DNA of 64,000 nucleotides from Candidatus Babelota bacterium (GTDB lineage Bacteria; Babelota; Babeliae; Babelales; Vermiphilaceae): NCBI GenBank assembly GCA_026388985.1, contig JAPLIS010000021.1, positions 15,266 to 79,265 of the forward strand, read 5' to 3'. Shown piece by piece: positions 56,557 to 64,000 of this stretch (position 1 is its first letter; each line of letters starts with the position of its first letter). The notes under the pieces were generated by a model. It saw only the letters and a program-made list of their open reading frames with translations, ran no database searches and was not told where the DNA came from. The position numbers and the translations under genes were made by a program.

Positions 56557-57450
56557 ATGTTAGTTTTTCTTTTTTGGTCATCTATGCTTTTTTTCTCTTT
56601 TTTCTCTGCGATAGCAGCTGAAGAGCTTATGCCTCTTGTTGACAATAGACTTGAGATAACAAAACTTATTAATATCGCTACAGAAGAAAAACATCGTGCT
56701 TGCGTTGATTTAACCTTCTTGTTTGATGAACATCTTCCAAGTGACGAAAAATTAAAAGACATTCAGGCTGAGCAGTATGAATCTATCAGTAGCACGATAT
56801 CTTCTTTGCCTCCCCTCAAAAAAATGATTTTTTTAGAACAACTATTTAGCACAATAGGTATAAAAAAACAAAAATATATAGATAAAAACATAATAGATAG
56901 CTTAATTATAGAAATAAATAAAAATAACCTTGAATCTATTAAAACCCTATATCTGTATGAAAAAATACTAGCAAAAGCTTCTTATGCGGTAAGCACCCTA
57001 TGCCTCAATCACAAGTACGAAAAAAAATTAAACAAAAAAATAGACGAACTTGAAAATCGCCGCCTTGCCATTTCAGAAGAACATCAAGAATATAAAGACC
57101 GAGAAATGCACAAAGAATTATTAAACTTAATAAAAATCACTATAAAATATAAAATAAAATCATTACCAATCTGTAGCTACTCAAATTTAACATTAAAAGA
57201 TAACGGCTTGTTTGATTCATTATTCTATACAACTATATTAAAAGACCTAAATAAATCAAAAAAAAATATTTTTGAAAATATAGATAATAGCTTTTTTGAT
57301 TTTAAAAAATCTGTCAATTCATTTCATGAGCAAGCTGAAGAATTCCAATTCATAGCCTGCTCACCCTGGCAAGACCCTGATATGATATGGATGGAAATCA
57401 ATAAAAGAGTAGCAAAAACACTCAATATACCAATACAAGCACTATGGTGA
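56557..57450 (+). CDS. Hypothetical secreted Lys/Ile/Asn-rich protein
   Basis: Signal MLVFLFWSSMLFFSFFSAIAA. Helical low-complexity sequence with no recognisable domain. Confidence 0.35.
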   Translation: MLVFLFWSSMLFFSFFSAIAAEELMPLVDNRLEITKLINIATEEKHRACVDLTFLFDEHLPSDEKLKDIQAEQYESISSTISSLPPLKKMIFLEQLFSTIGIKKQKYIDKNIIDSLIIEINKNNLESIKTLYLYEKILAKASYAVSTLCLNHKYEKKLNKKIDELENRRLAISEEHQEYKDREMHKELLNLIKITIKYKIKSLPICSYSNLTLKDNGLFDSLFYTTILKDLNKSKKNIFENIDNSFFDFKKSVNSFHEQAEEFQFIACSPWQDPDMIWMEINKRVAKTLNIPIQALW

Positions 57451-57696
57451 TTACTTTTAGTAATAATAACAAAAAGTAGGAATATCTTTTTTTAAATCTA
57501 AAAGTAACGACTCTTGCTCTGAATACTTCAGACCTACTAAAAATGCACCATTCAACTCACATCAGCTTTATTTTAAATATCTTGGGTTAAAAGCTCAATC
57601 AACTCAAAATACCCTATATTGCAATCAAAAGATCAAAAACACTGTGTACCTGAAACCATGGACTTTATAAGACCAATTTTATTAGCATAATACGAG

Positions 57697-58665
57697 ATGA
57701 CATATACAAAAAACATGCTAATAGGAGGGCTTTGCATGGTACAGTTAAGCAGTCGATTATGGTTACTTAATATGATCTTTTTGCCTGTCATAGCCTCTCA
57801 AGCACCTCACCATTATCAAGACCCTATCTGGAAAGAAACTGAATTAGAGAGATCTGACTATGCCCTTTTATTATCAAGCGTAAAAAATGAACAACTATTG
57901 GATGCCTGCTCATTAAATAATGTAGCCAGAGCCCAGCATCTTTTAAAAAATGGCGCTAGTCTTACTATCAAAAATCGTCGGGGACGAGAACCCATTCACT
58001 TAGCTGCTCTTAACGGATATACCTCAATGGTAAAACTCTTGCTCGACTTTAAAGCCAACATTAATGCTCAAGACTACGAAAAGACAAAACCTCTTCATGT
58101 TGCGGCTTACAATGGACATGCTGAAACAGTGTCGCTATTGCTTGAACGTGGAGCGTTCAACAATGTTCACACTTCTAATGAATTTACCCCAGTGCATTAC
58201 GCTGCACGACGAGGACACCCTGAAGCATTATGTATCTTATTAAATCATGAATTTAATGGACTAGAAGAGCCATACAATGAACTTAAAAAAATAAACGTAA
58301 TAGCAACAATCTCTACATCACTATCTGCTGAAATTATTAGCATAATAATTGCCTATAAAGGGCTAGATAGGGATACACCATTAGTACAAAATCACAAAAA
58401 AGGCATACTATCTACACTATTTTCGCCTCTTGATCTTTTTGCCCATCCCATAATAAACCATACAACCGAATCTTACCCTATTGCCAGCGCAGAAAGTACT
58501 ACCTGTTTTGGAGAAACCGCTCTTACATTGGCAGCTCAATCACTAACAAAAGAGAATGACCCAGAAAAACTGGTAGCGCTTAAAGAATGTGTTTCGCTTC
58601 TTGAAAAACAGCCAGAACGTATAATAAAAAAACTAATTCAGCGTGCCCTTGCACATAACGTATGA
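57697..58665 (+). CDS. Ankyrin-repeat protein with N-terminal hydrophobic leader
   Basis: ANK repeats NRRGREPIHLAALNGYTSMVKLLLDFKANINAQDYEKTKPLHVAAYNGHAETVSLLLERGA...FTPVHYAARRGHPEALCILL. Confidence 0.8.
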   Translation: MTYTKNMLIGGLCMVQLSSRLWLLNMIFLPVIASQAPHHYQDPIWKETELERSDYALLLSSVKNEQLLDACSLNNVARAQHLLKNGASLTIKNRRGREPIHLAALNGYTSMVKLLLDFKANINAQDYEKTKPLHVAAYNGHAETVSLLLERGAFNNVHTSNEFTPVHYAARRGHPEALCILLNHEFNGLEEPYNELKKINVIATISTSLSAEIISIIIAYKGLDRDTPLVQNHKKGILSTLFSPLDLFAHPIINHTTESYPIASAESTTCFGETALTLAAQSLTKENDPEKLVALKECVSLLEKQPERIIKKLIQRALAHNV

Positions 58666-58730
58666 AACTATGGACTATGTAGTTCAATTTTATTACCATA
58701 CTCACAGGGACATATAAAAGAAGGCACATA

Positions 58731-59630
58731 ATGCATATACAATCTCAAAGTATTGGGTTATTAATAGAAACAATAACCCACAAACTCATCGGTCATTTTA
58801 CCCCGCCAGAAGAACATGCATGGTGGATTATTGAAGCAATTACTGGTAAAAAAAGAGCTCATTTGATTGCCAAGCACAACATATCTTTAACCCCAGAGCA
58901 GCATGCACAATTAGAACATTGGCTACATGCACTCATTTATGAACATATGCCACTGCAATACCTTATCGGATCTGTGCCCTTTGGCGACTTAGACATACTG
59001 GTCGAACCACCCACACTTATTCCTCGTCCGGAAACAGAAGAGTGGTGTCTTGATCTTATAAATCAACTACAAAAAGCAGAAATTAAAAAATTAACAATTT
59101 TAGATATGTGCACCGGCTCTGGATGCATTGCCCTTGCTCTGGCACAGGCACTCCCAAAAGCAACCATATATGCAACCGATATTTCAAATAAGGCGTTAGA
59201 ACTTGCTAAAAAAAATGCAATTCATAACAAAATTAGCAATGTAACCTTTTTGCACTCAGACCTCTTTGATTCCATATCTGACCTTTTTAAGTTCGATATT
59301 ATTGTTGCAAATCCACCCTATATTGATCAAAAAGAATGGGAAACTCTTGCGGCCAGTGTCTCTGAATGGGAAGATAAAAAAGCGCTGATTGCCCCTGAAA
59401 ACGGGCTTGCCATTATTGAAGAGATACTAAAAATAGCCCCACAGTATCTGAAAGAAAATAAAGAGTTAAAACAGCACGCTATTCCACAAATACTAATTGA
59501 AATTGGTCATCAGCAGGGGATATCTGTCCATGCCCTTATGATGAACTATAGATATAATTCTATCTCTATAAAAAAAGATTTAGCACACAAAGATCGTGTT
59601 GCATGTGGGAGAGTTCATGGGCTGGTTTAG
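58731..59630 (+). CDS. prmC: Peptide chain release factor N5-glutamine methyltransferase
   Basis: SAM motif ILDMCTGSGCIALALA. Catalytic IVANPPYI (NPPY). FIPRPETE-like LIPRPETE. Confidence 0.85.
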   Translation: MHIQSQSIGLLIETITHKLIGHFTPPEEHAWWIIEAITGKKRAHLIAKHNISLTPEQHAQLEHWLHALIYEHMPLQYLIGSVPFGDLDILVEPPTLIPRPETEEWCLDLINQLQKAEIKKLTILDMCTGSGCIALALAQALPKATIYATDISNKALELAKKNAIHNKISNVTFLHSDLFDSISDLFKFDIIVANPPYIDQKEWETLAASVSEWEDKKALIAPENGLAIIEEILKIAPQYLKENKELKQHAIPQILIEIGHQQGISVHALMMNYRYNSISIKKDLAHKDRVACGRVHGLV

Positions 59631-60324
59631 ACAATCAAAAACCATTAATTATGTTGCAGCAGTACTAAGTACGCAAAGCCTTACCTGCGGGTGGCTTGAA
59701 AAGTCTCTCACAACACATATGCTCATCTTGCGCGCTTATAAAAAAATAGATCTCAATGGGGATGTTGATGCTCAGGGATTTTTTAATCCTACTTTTATAG
59801 GAACTGCTCTTTCATCATTTTTAACAGAATACTGCATACCAAACCCAACACTTTCTTGCGCTTTTACCAGCCCTTTAGTTACTGAACGGTTAACCACCAA
59901 AACACATGCAACGCCACATCCAGGTACATTAATTATGACCCACACTCAACATGCTTTATGGGATTATCAGTACATATACCCAACTGATACGGATGAATAT
60001 GTTTTTTACCTATGTGCAGTAACGCAACCATTTTTATTGCAGTATAAACTTATGGCCATTAAACATCAGCTTCCTCTTTTAACTACTACGTCTCAAACGG
60101 CGGCTCTGTTGCAATTATATCGATTTGCCTATGGTAACGCTTTCCGCTCAACACAACTAGGCATTGATATGCAACGTTGCAACAATAACCCTGAACGCCT
60201 TTTTAGCTCTGATATGCTCAACCGTATAATAACCATACCACCACATATACCCATAGTAATCGCACAAGAAAAATCGTCACTGCTAACCATGTGCGGTCTT
60301 TTTGTATCTGAAAGAACAGAATGA
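59617..60324 (+). CDS. Hypothetical protein, possibly a degenerate PilM/GspL-like assembly component
   Basis: About 235 aa. Overlaps prmC by 14 nt and is ATGA-coupled to the PilN-like gene downstream. No ATP-binding motifs seen. The call rests on context only. Confidence 0.25.
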   Translation: MGWFRQSKTINYVAAVLSTQSLTCGWLEKSLTTHMLILRAYKKIDLNGDVDAQGFFNPTFIGTALSSFLTEYCIPNPTLSCAFTSPLVTERLTTKTHATPHPGTLIMTHTQHALWDYQYIYPTDTDEYVFYLCAVTQPFLLQYKLMAIKHQLPLLTTTSQTAALLQLYRFAYGNAFRSTQLGIDMQRCNNNPERLFSSDMLNRIITIPPHIPIVIAQEKSSLLTMCGLFVSERTE

Positions 60325-60872
60325 AGCAGATAAATTTTATTAAAACAGTACCGCCACAATGTCACCTTGCCTTAAAACAATGGATCATCTTTTCAACAGC
60401 ACTATTCATACTCAGCGTGAGCATTATGGGTTGGCTTACTGCACAGCAAATATGGATTATAGATACGCTAAAACAAGAAAAAAATGCACTAACCAAGCAT
60501 ACACTCAATCACGCAACAGCAGATGAACGTAAGAAAAAAGTGATGGAATCAAAAAAAGAATATGAAAAAAAAGCACATAAAATTACTACCCACTTACACA
60601 GACCAAAAAACCCCCATACACTCATACAATCACTAAACCAGGCATGTGCAAAAAATAATGTTACTTTAGAATCAGTTACCATACAAAAACATCAACTTTC
60701 TATGCGTGGACTGTGCACCCAACCCGATCATGCCCTTAGCCTCATTCATGACCTTAATGAATTGCCAATACTCACCAATAGCACACTTATCTCTATAGAA
60801 AAAAAGGCGATAGATAGGGGAACTCAAAAATCAGCACTCATGTGCGCTATTACGAGTGATATTAAAAAATAA
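60321..60872 (+). CDS. PilN/GspM-like bitopic membrane protein
   Basis: 183 aa. MKQINFIK (compare the INLLP start of PilN). Single TM (WIIFSTALFILSVSIMGWL). Coiled coil. The C-terminal VTLESVTIQKHQLSMRGLCTQPDHALSLIHDLNELPILTNSTLISIEKK resembles the PilN v.L.s......l.l.G.a.s...v..f...L pattern. Confidence 0.4.
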   Translation: MKQINFIKTVPPQCHLALKQWIIFSTALFILSVSIMGWLTAQQIWIIDTLKQEKNALTKHTLNHATADERKKKVMESKKEYEKKAHKITTHLHRPKNPHTLIQSLNQACAKNNVTLESVTIQKHQLSMRGLCTQPDHALSLIHDLNELPILTNSTLISIEKKAIDRGTQKSALMCAITSDIKK

Positions 60873-60926
60873 CATATATATTATTTTTCTTATCAAAAAA
60901 ACATTTATCTGATAAAGTTGTATATT

Positions 60927-62858
60927 ATGCCTAAAATACAACAACTTTCACCACACGAAGCCCATAAAATTGCTGCCGGCGAGGTTGTAGAGCGCCCTGC
61001 AAATATTGTTAAAGAGCTTGTAGAAAATGCTCTTGATGCTGCTGCCACGCAGATAACTCTTTATATTGAAGATGGGGGCAAGCAACTTATTCGTGTTGTT
61101 GATAATGGCTGTGGCATGGATGAACAAGATGCACATGCCTGTTTTAATAAACATGCTACCAGCAAAATAACGCATGTAGATGAACTTGAAACAATTAACA
61201 CTTTTGGCTTTCGCGGTGAAGCACTCGCAAGCGTTGCTGCTGTGGCCCACGTAACGCTGATAACCAAACAAGCTGATGCGTTGATAGGATTACAAGTATC
61301 GGTCGCCTGCAACCAAATCACTCAAACTCAACCAGTATCGGCTCTTACTGGTACAGATATAAGTGTACATGATCTTTTTTATACCATTCCTGCACGCAAA
61401 AAATTTCTCAAAAAAGAAGAAACTGAATGGCGACATATTGTACAACTATTTCAAGCTTTTTGCCTCGCCTTTGAGCACATACATTTTAAACTCTATAGCA
61501 ACGGCACTATTGTTCATAATTGTCCACCCGTTAGCGCTATTGGCGATCGCTTTGCTCAACTCTGGCAACAGCATCATTTATTACCTATAGCAAGCGAACG
61601 CGTTGATGGTACCTTAATAGTAACCGGTGCAGCTTGCCACAATCAGTACAGATATGATCGTAATGCGCTGTTTTTCTTTGTAAATAATCGTTGGATAAAA
61701 AACTTTGCCCTTGCAAACGCATTACTTAAAGGGTATCAAGGCTTAATTCCTGCGGGCAAATATCCGATGGCCTGTATAAAAATTACTATAGATCCCACAC
61801 TCATTGACGTGAATATTCATCCACGCAAAGAAGAAGTTGCTTTTTTATATCCACAAAAAGTTACTCAGCTGATTACGAGTGGCGTAAAAGAAGCGCTTGA
61901 ACAGTTGGTTTCTACCCATATCACCACGCAGCAACCAACGGCTCCATATCAACAAACTGCATATCAACAAACTGCACACAAAACAGATGCAACACAATTT
62001 GCGCATGAAAAATCACCTGTTTTTACCCCCTTTAATTTTACTGATTTTGCACAACCAACTGTATCAGCACAACCAACTGTATCAAATGCATACTCTAACT
62101 GGACTACAGATACGGTGCACATAGAACAAGAAATTCACAATCCCTTCATATCTCCTACTCAACAAGCAACCCCCCCTACTTATGAGCCTGTTCAGATAGA
62201 CCAAGAGCCCTCTCTGTATTCTACCTATCCTAAAGATAGAACAGAGAACCAAACACAACAAAGTACTGTTCTAGAAAAATCCGTTACCATTATTGGACAA
62301 CTACATAAAACATACATTCTTATCGAACAAGAAGATGGTCTCTTTTTGGTTGATCAACATGCCGCACATGAACGTATTTTATATGAAATTTTTTCTAACC
62401 GATTTGCTGAATGTGCAACCATCAACCTTCTGTTTCCATCTATTGTAGAGCTTAGCTCTAATGATTATGCAACTATTACTAAGCATTTGAATATTTTTCA
62501 ACATAATGGCATAACTATCGAACCATTTGGCGACAATCAACTGATTATTACATCAACGCCGGTTCACCTAAAAAATGTAAATATAGAAGAAATCATACAA
62601 CAGGTGATTGGATGGATTCACGAATATGGAGCGGTTGATCATGCTGATTTTTTCAAAACTATTAATGAAAAAATGCATGCACAAATGGCCTGTAAGGCTG
62701 CCGTAAAAGCGGGAGACACCCTGGGGCACCAACAAATGCAAACAATTCTTACCGGTCTACACAAAACATCAAATCGGTTTACCTGCCCTCATGGTAGACC
62801 AACCGGCTTTTTACTTGCACTTGATGAGATAGAAAAAAGAATTAAGCGTAAAAAGTAA
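60927..62858 (+). CDS. mutL: DNA mismatch repair protein MutL (endonuclease-motif-containing type)
   Basis: GHKL ATPase N-terminus IAAGEVVERPANIVKELVENALDA, DNGCGM, GFRGEAL. C-terminal DQHAAHERILYE fits DQHA-x2-E-x4-E. FTCPHGRP motif present. ATG 60927 (ORF track TTG 60918). The linker contains 15-nt and 18-nt tandem duplications (YQQTA x2, AQPTVS x2). Confidence 0.9.
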   Translation: MPKIQQLSPHEAHKIAAGEVVERPANIVKELVENALDAAATQITLYIEDGGKQLIRVVDNGCGMDEQDAHACFNKHATSKITHVDELETINTFGFRGEALASVAAVAHVTLITKQADALIGLQVSVACNQITQTQPVSALTGTDISVHDLFYTIPARKKFLKKEETEWRHIVQLFQAFCLAFEHIHFKLYSNGTIVHNCPPVSAIGDRFAQLWQQHHLLPIASERVDGTLIVTGAACHNQYRYDRNALFFFVNNRWIKNFALANALLKGYQGLIPAGKYPMACIKITIDPTLIDVNIHPRKEEVAFLYPQKVTQLITSGVKEALEQLVSTHITTQQPTAPYQQTAYQQTAHKTDATQFAHEKSPVFTPFNFTDFAQPTVSAQPTVSNAYSNWTTDTVHIEQEIHNPFISPTQQATPPTYEPVQIDQEPSLYSTYPKDRTENQTQQSTVLEKSVTIIGQLHKTYILIEQEDGLFLVDQHAAHERILYEIFSNRFAECATINLLFPSIVELSSNDYATITKHLNIFQHNGITIEPFGDNQLIITSTPVHLKNVNIEEIIQQVIGWIHEYGAVDHADFFKTINEKMHAQMACKAAVKAGDTLGHQQMQTILTGLHKTSNRFTCPHGRPTGFLLALDEIEKRIKRKK

Positions 62859-62881
62859 CGTGAGACTCTTCTGCTTACCAA

Positions 62882-63121
62882 TTTATTGTACCTATCTTTA
62901 GCAAAAAAATATGAGCCTAGATAGTCGCCACGCAACCAGATATAAATTGGCCCTTATTGTAACTATTTTACCCAAACTATTGATTTCTATTTGGAATAAA
63001 TGCTATGATAATAATAGAGAGTATATATTATTTTATTTTACAGAAAGGGTTCAATATGAACAAAAAACTATTTTTAACCATTACTTTGTTGGGGTGTTCA
63101 GGTTTATCTTATGGCATGAAT
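62882..63121. repeat. Tandem duplication, copy 1 (promoter/5' region and signal peptide of the lipoprotein gene)
   Basis: Near-identical by eye to 63761-64000 (tttatt.tacctatcttta.caaaaaaatatgag.ctagatagtcgccacgcaaccagatataaattggcccttattgtaactatttta...). The offset is 879 nt. Confidence 0.85.
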
Positions 63122-63508
63122 GATGATGAGATGAAAGATAGGGAATTGGCAGAACGCGAAAATGCTCGCGCACGAATGAACGAGATGGATAGAGCAATAG
63201 ATAGGTATAAAAATAGCCCTCTGCTTGAGCAAGAAAAAAACGCAAGGCAAGCAAACAGAGCCGCCTCCCGAATAGAAGAAGAAAAACGCTTAGCACCTAT
63301 CATAGCAGCTAGCCGACGCGCACAAGATGAGCAAACTTTGGCTAACCGACGCGCACAAGTAGAACGCGATCAACAAGCAGCCGAGCAAGAACCAACACGA
63401 GCAGCAGAACGAGCAGCACGAGCAGCACGAGCAGCAGGATCGCCGGCAGCAGCAGAAGCAGCTCCTGCAAATGATGGTTGGTTTAGTTGGTTATTTGGAA
63501 AAAAATAG
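63056..63508 (+). CDS. Putative lipoprotein with charged Ala/Arg/Glu-rich coiled coil
   Basis: ATG 63056 follows AAAGGG. The leader MNKKLFLTITLLGC has a lipobox-like LLGC. It continues with ELAERENARARMNEMDRAIDRY...AAERAARAARAAGSPAAAEAAPANDGWFSWLFGKK. The ORF track starts at 63005. Confidence 0.5.
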   Translation: MNKKLFLTITLLGCSGLSYGMNDDEMKDRELAERENARARMNEMDRAIDRYKNSPLLEQEKNARQANRAASRIEEEKRLAPIIAASRRAQDEQTLANRRAQVERDQQAAEQEPTRAAERAARAARAAGSPAAAEAAPANDGWFSWLFGKK

Positions 63509-63567
63509 ATAGTCTTACAAAAAAGAGTCAAAGCAAGTAACGCAAAAAAGCTCTTTTAGAAACATAC

Positions 63568-63607
63568 AAACTCTCTTGTGTCTTATATAAAGCACAAGAG
63601 AGTTTTT
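63568..63607 (+). terminator. Rho-independent terminator after the lipoprotein gene
   Basis: aaactctcttgtg / cacaagagagttt, a 13-bp stem with a 12-nt loop, followed by a T-run. Confidence 0.8.
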
Positions 63608-63760
63608 GTTTACAGCATAAAAAACATATTAAAAGCAATAATTTTTATAAAAATTTTATAAAAATGTAGCCAAACCTAGCTCATACGAGCTTACTTTTCT
63701 TTCACCTGCACCCCCTACTTACTCTCGATAGTCGACCAACTTACGATACATATCCACCGT

Positions 63761-64000
63761 TTATTTTACCTATCTTTAACAAAAAAATATGAGGCTAGAT
63801 AGTCGCCACGCAACCAGATATAAATTGGCCCTTATTGTAACTATTTTATGCAAAATATTGATTTCTATTTGTAATAAATGCTATGATAATAATAGAGAGT
63901 ATATATTATTTTATTTTACAGAAAGGGTTCAATATGAACAAAAAACTATTTTTAACCATTACTTTGTTGGGGTGTTCAGGTTTATCTTACGGCATGAATT
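63761..64000. repeat. Tandem duplication, copy 2
   Basis: See 62882-63121. It runs to the window end. Confidence 0.85.
63934..64000 (+). CDS. Paralogous lipoprotein gene, 5' end only (runs off the window end)
   Basis: ATG 63934 gives MNKKLFLTITLLGCSGLSYGMN..., identical to the start of 63056-63508. Confidence 0.5.
   Translation, partial: MNKKLFLTITLLGCSGLSYGMN

Noticed and set aside
57451-57507. Inverted repeat ttacttttag ... ctaaaagtaa after the 56557-57450 gene, considered as a terminator.
   Set aside because: The 10-bp AT-rich stem is separated by a 37-nt loop. That is not a convincing intrinsic terminator geometry.
62911-63123. 70-aa ORF, plus the long form of the 167-aa ORF starting at 63005.
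   Set aside because: Both run through the duplicated upstream non-coding region. The ATG at 63056, with its AAAGGG RBS, gives a canonical lipoprotein leader and is the better start. The 62911 ORF is in another frame and has no support.
1-64000. Search for tRNA, rRNA, tmRNA, RNase P RNA, SRP RNA, T-box or riboswitch leaders in the intergenic regions (notably 204-407, 14760-15738, 51248-51491, 57451-57696 and 63509-63760).
   Set aside because: By eye I found no T-arm/GTTCGAATC-like box, no conserved RNase P, tmRNA or 4.5S core sequences, and no T-box upstream of valS or tyrS. This visual scan is not sensitive, and an Infernal/Rfam and tRNAscan-SE run is needed to be sure.

Overview
AT-rich, gene-dense bacterial chromosome segment with about 55 protein-coding genes. 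I saw no rRNA, tRNA or CRISPR array. Shine-Dalgarno sequences of the GGAG/GGGG type are common, and several rho-independent terminators are visible.

The housekeeping backbone is valS, ybeY, lon, a PfkB kinase, tyrS, acpS, comM/yifB, ftsY, prmC and mutL. There is also a complete gspF-G-H-I-J-K type II secretion pseudopilin operon followed by an MlaD/MCE gene.

Accessory blocks between these genes are dominated by eukaryote-like proteins carrying N-terminal signal peptides. Eleven ankyrin-repeat genes are visible.

(1) At 33.1-46.3 kb there is a head-to-tail array of four giant paralogs of 991-1207 aa. Each has a signal leader, ankyrin repeats, a roughly 300-aa conserved module I cannot assign to any family, and a catalytically intact C-terminal endonuclease/exonuclease/phosphatase (EEP) domain.

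(2) At 3.4-7.4 kb there is an array of four signal-peptide + ankyrin + zf-MYND proteins. One carries two MYND fingers, and two carry polybasic NLS-like tails. MYND is an essentially eukaryotic domain.

Other accessory content:
- a secreted eukaryotic-type PP2C phosphatase
- an M50-like membrane protein that has lost its HExxH motif
- two tandem AAA-ATPase-like/PD-(D/E)XK paralogs
- Gln-rich coiled-coil membrane protein paralogs
- a decayed IS transposase with associated repeats
- several small tandem repeats and homopolymer tracts at ribosome-binding sites

The gene content points to an obligately host-associated (protist- or amoeba-associated) diderm bacterium, possibly of the Dependentiae/TM6 type. 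That lineage call is inference only.
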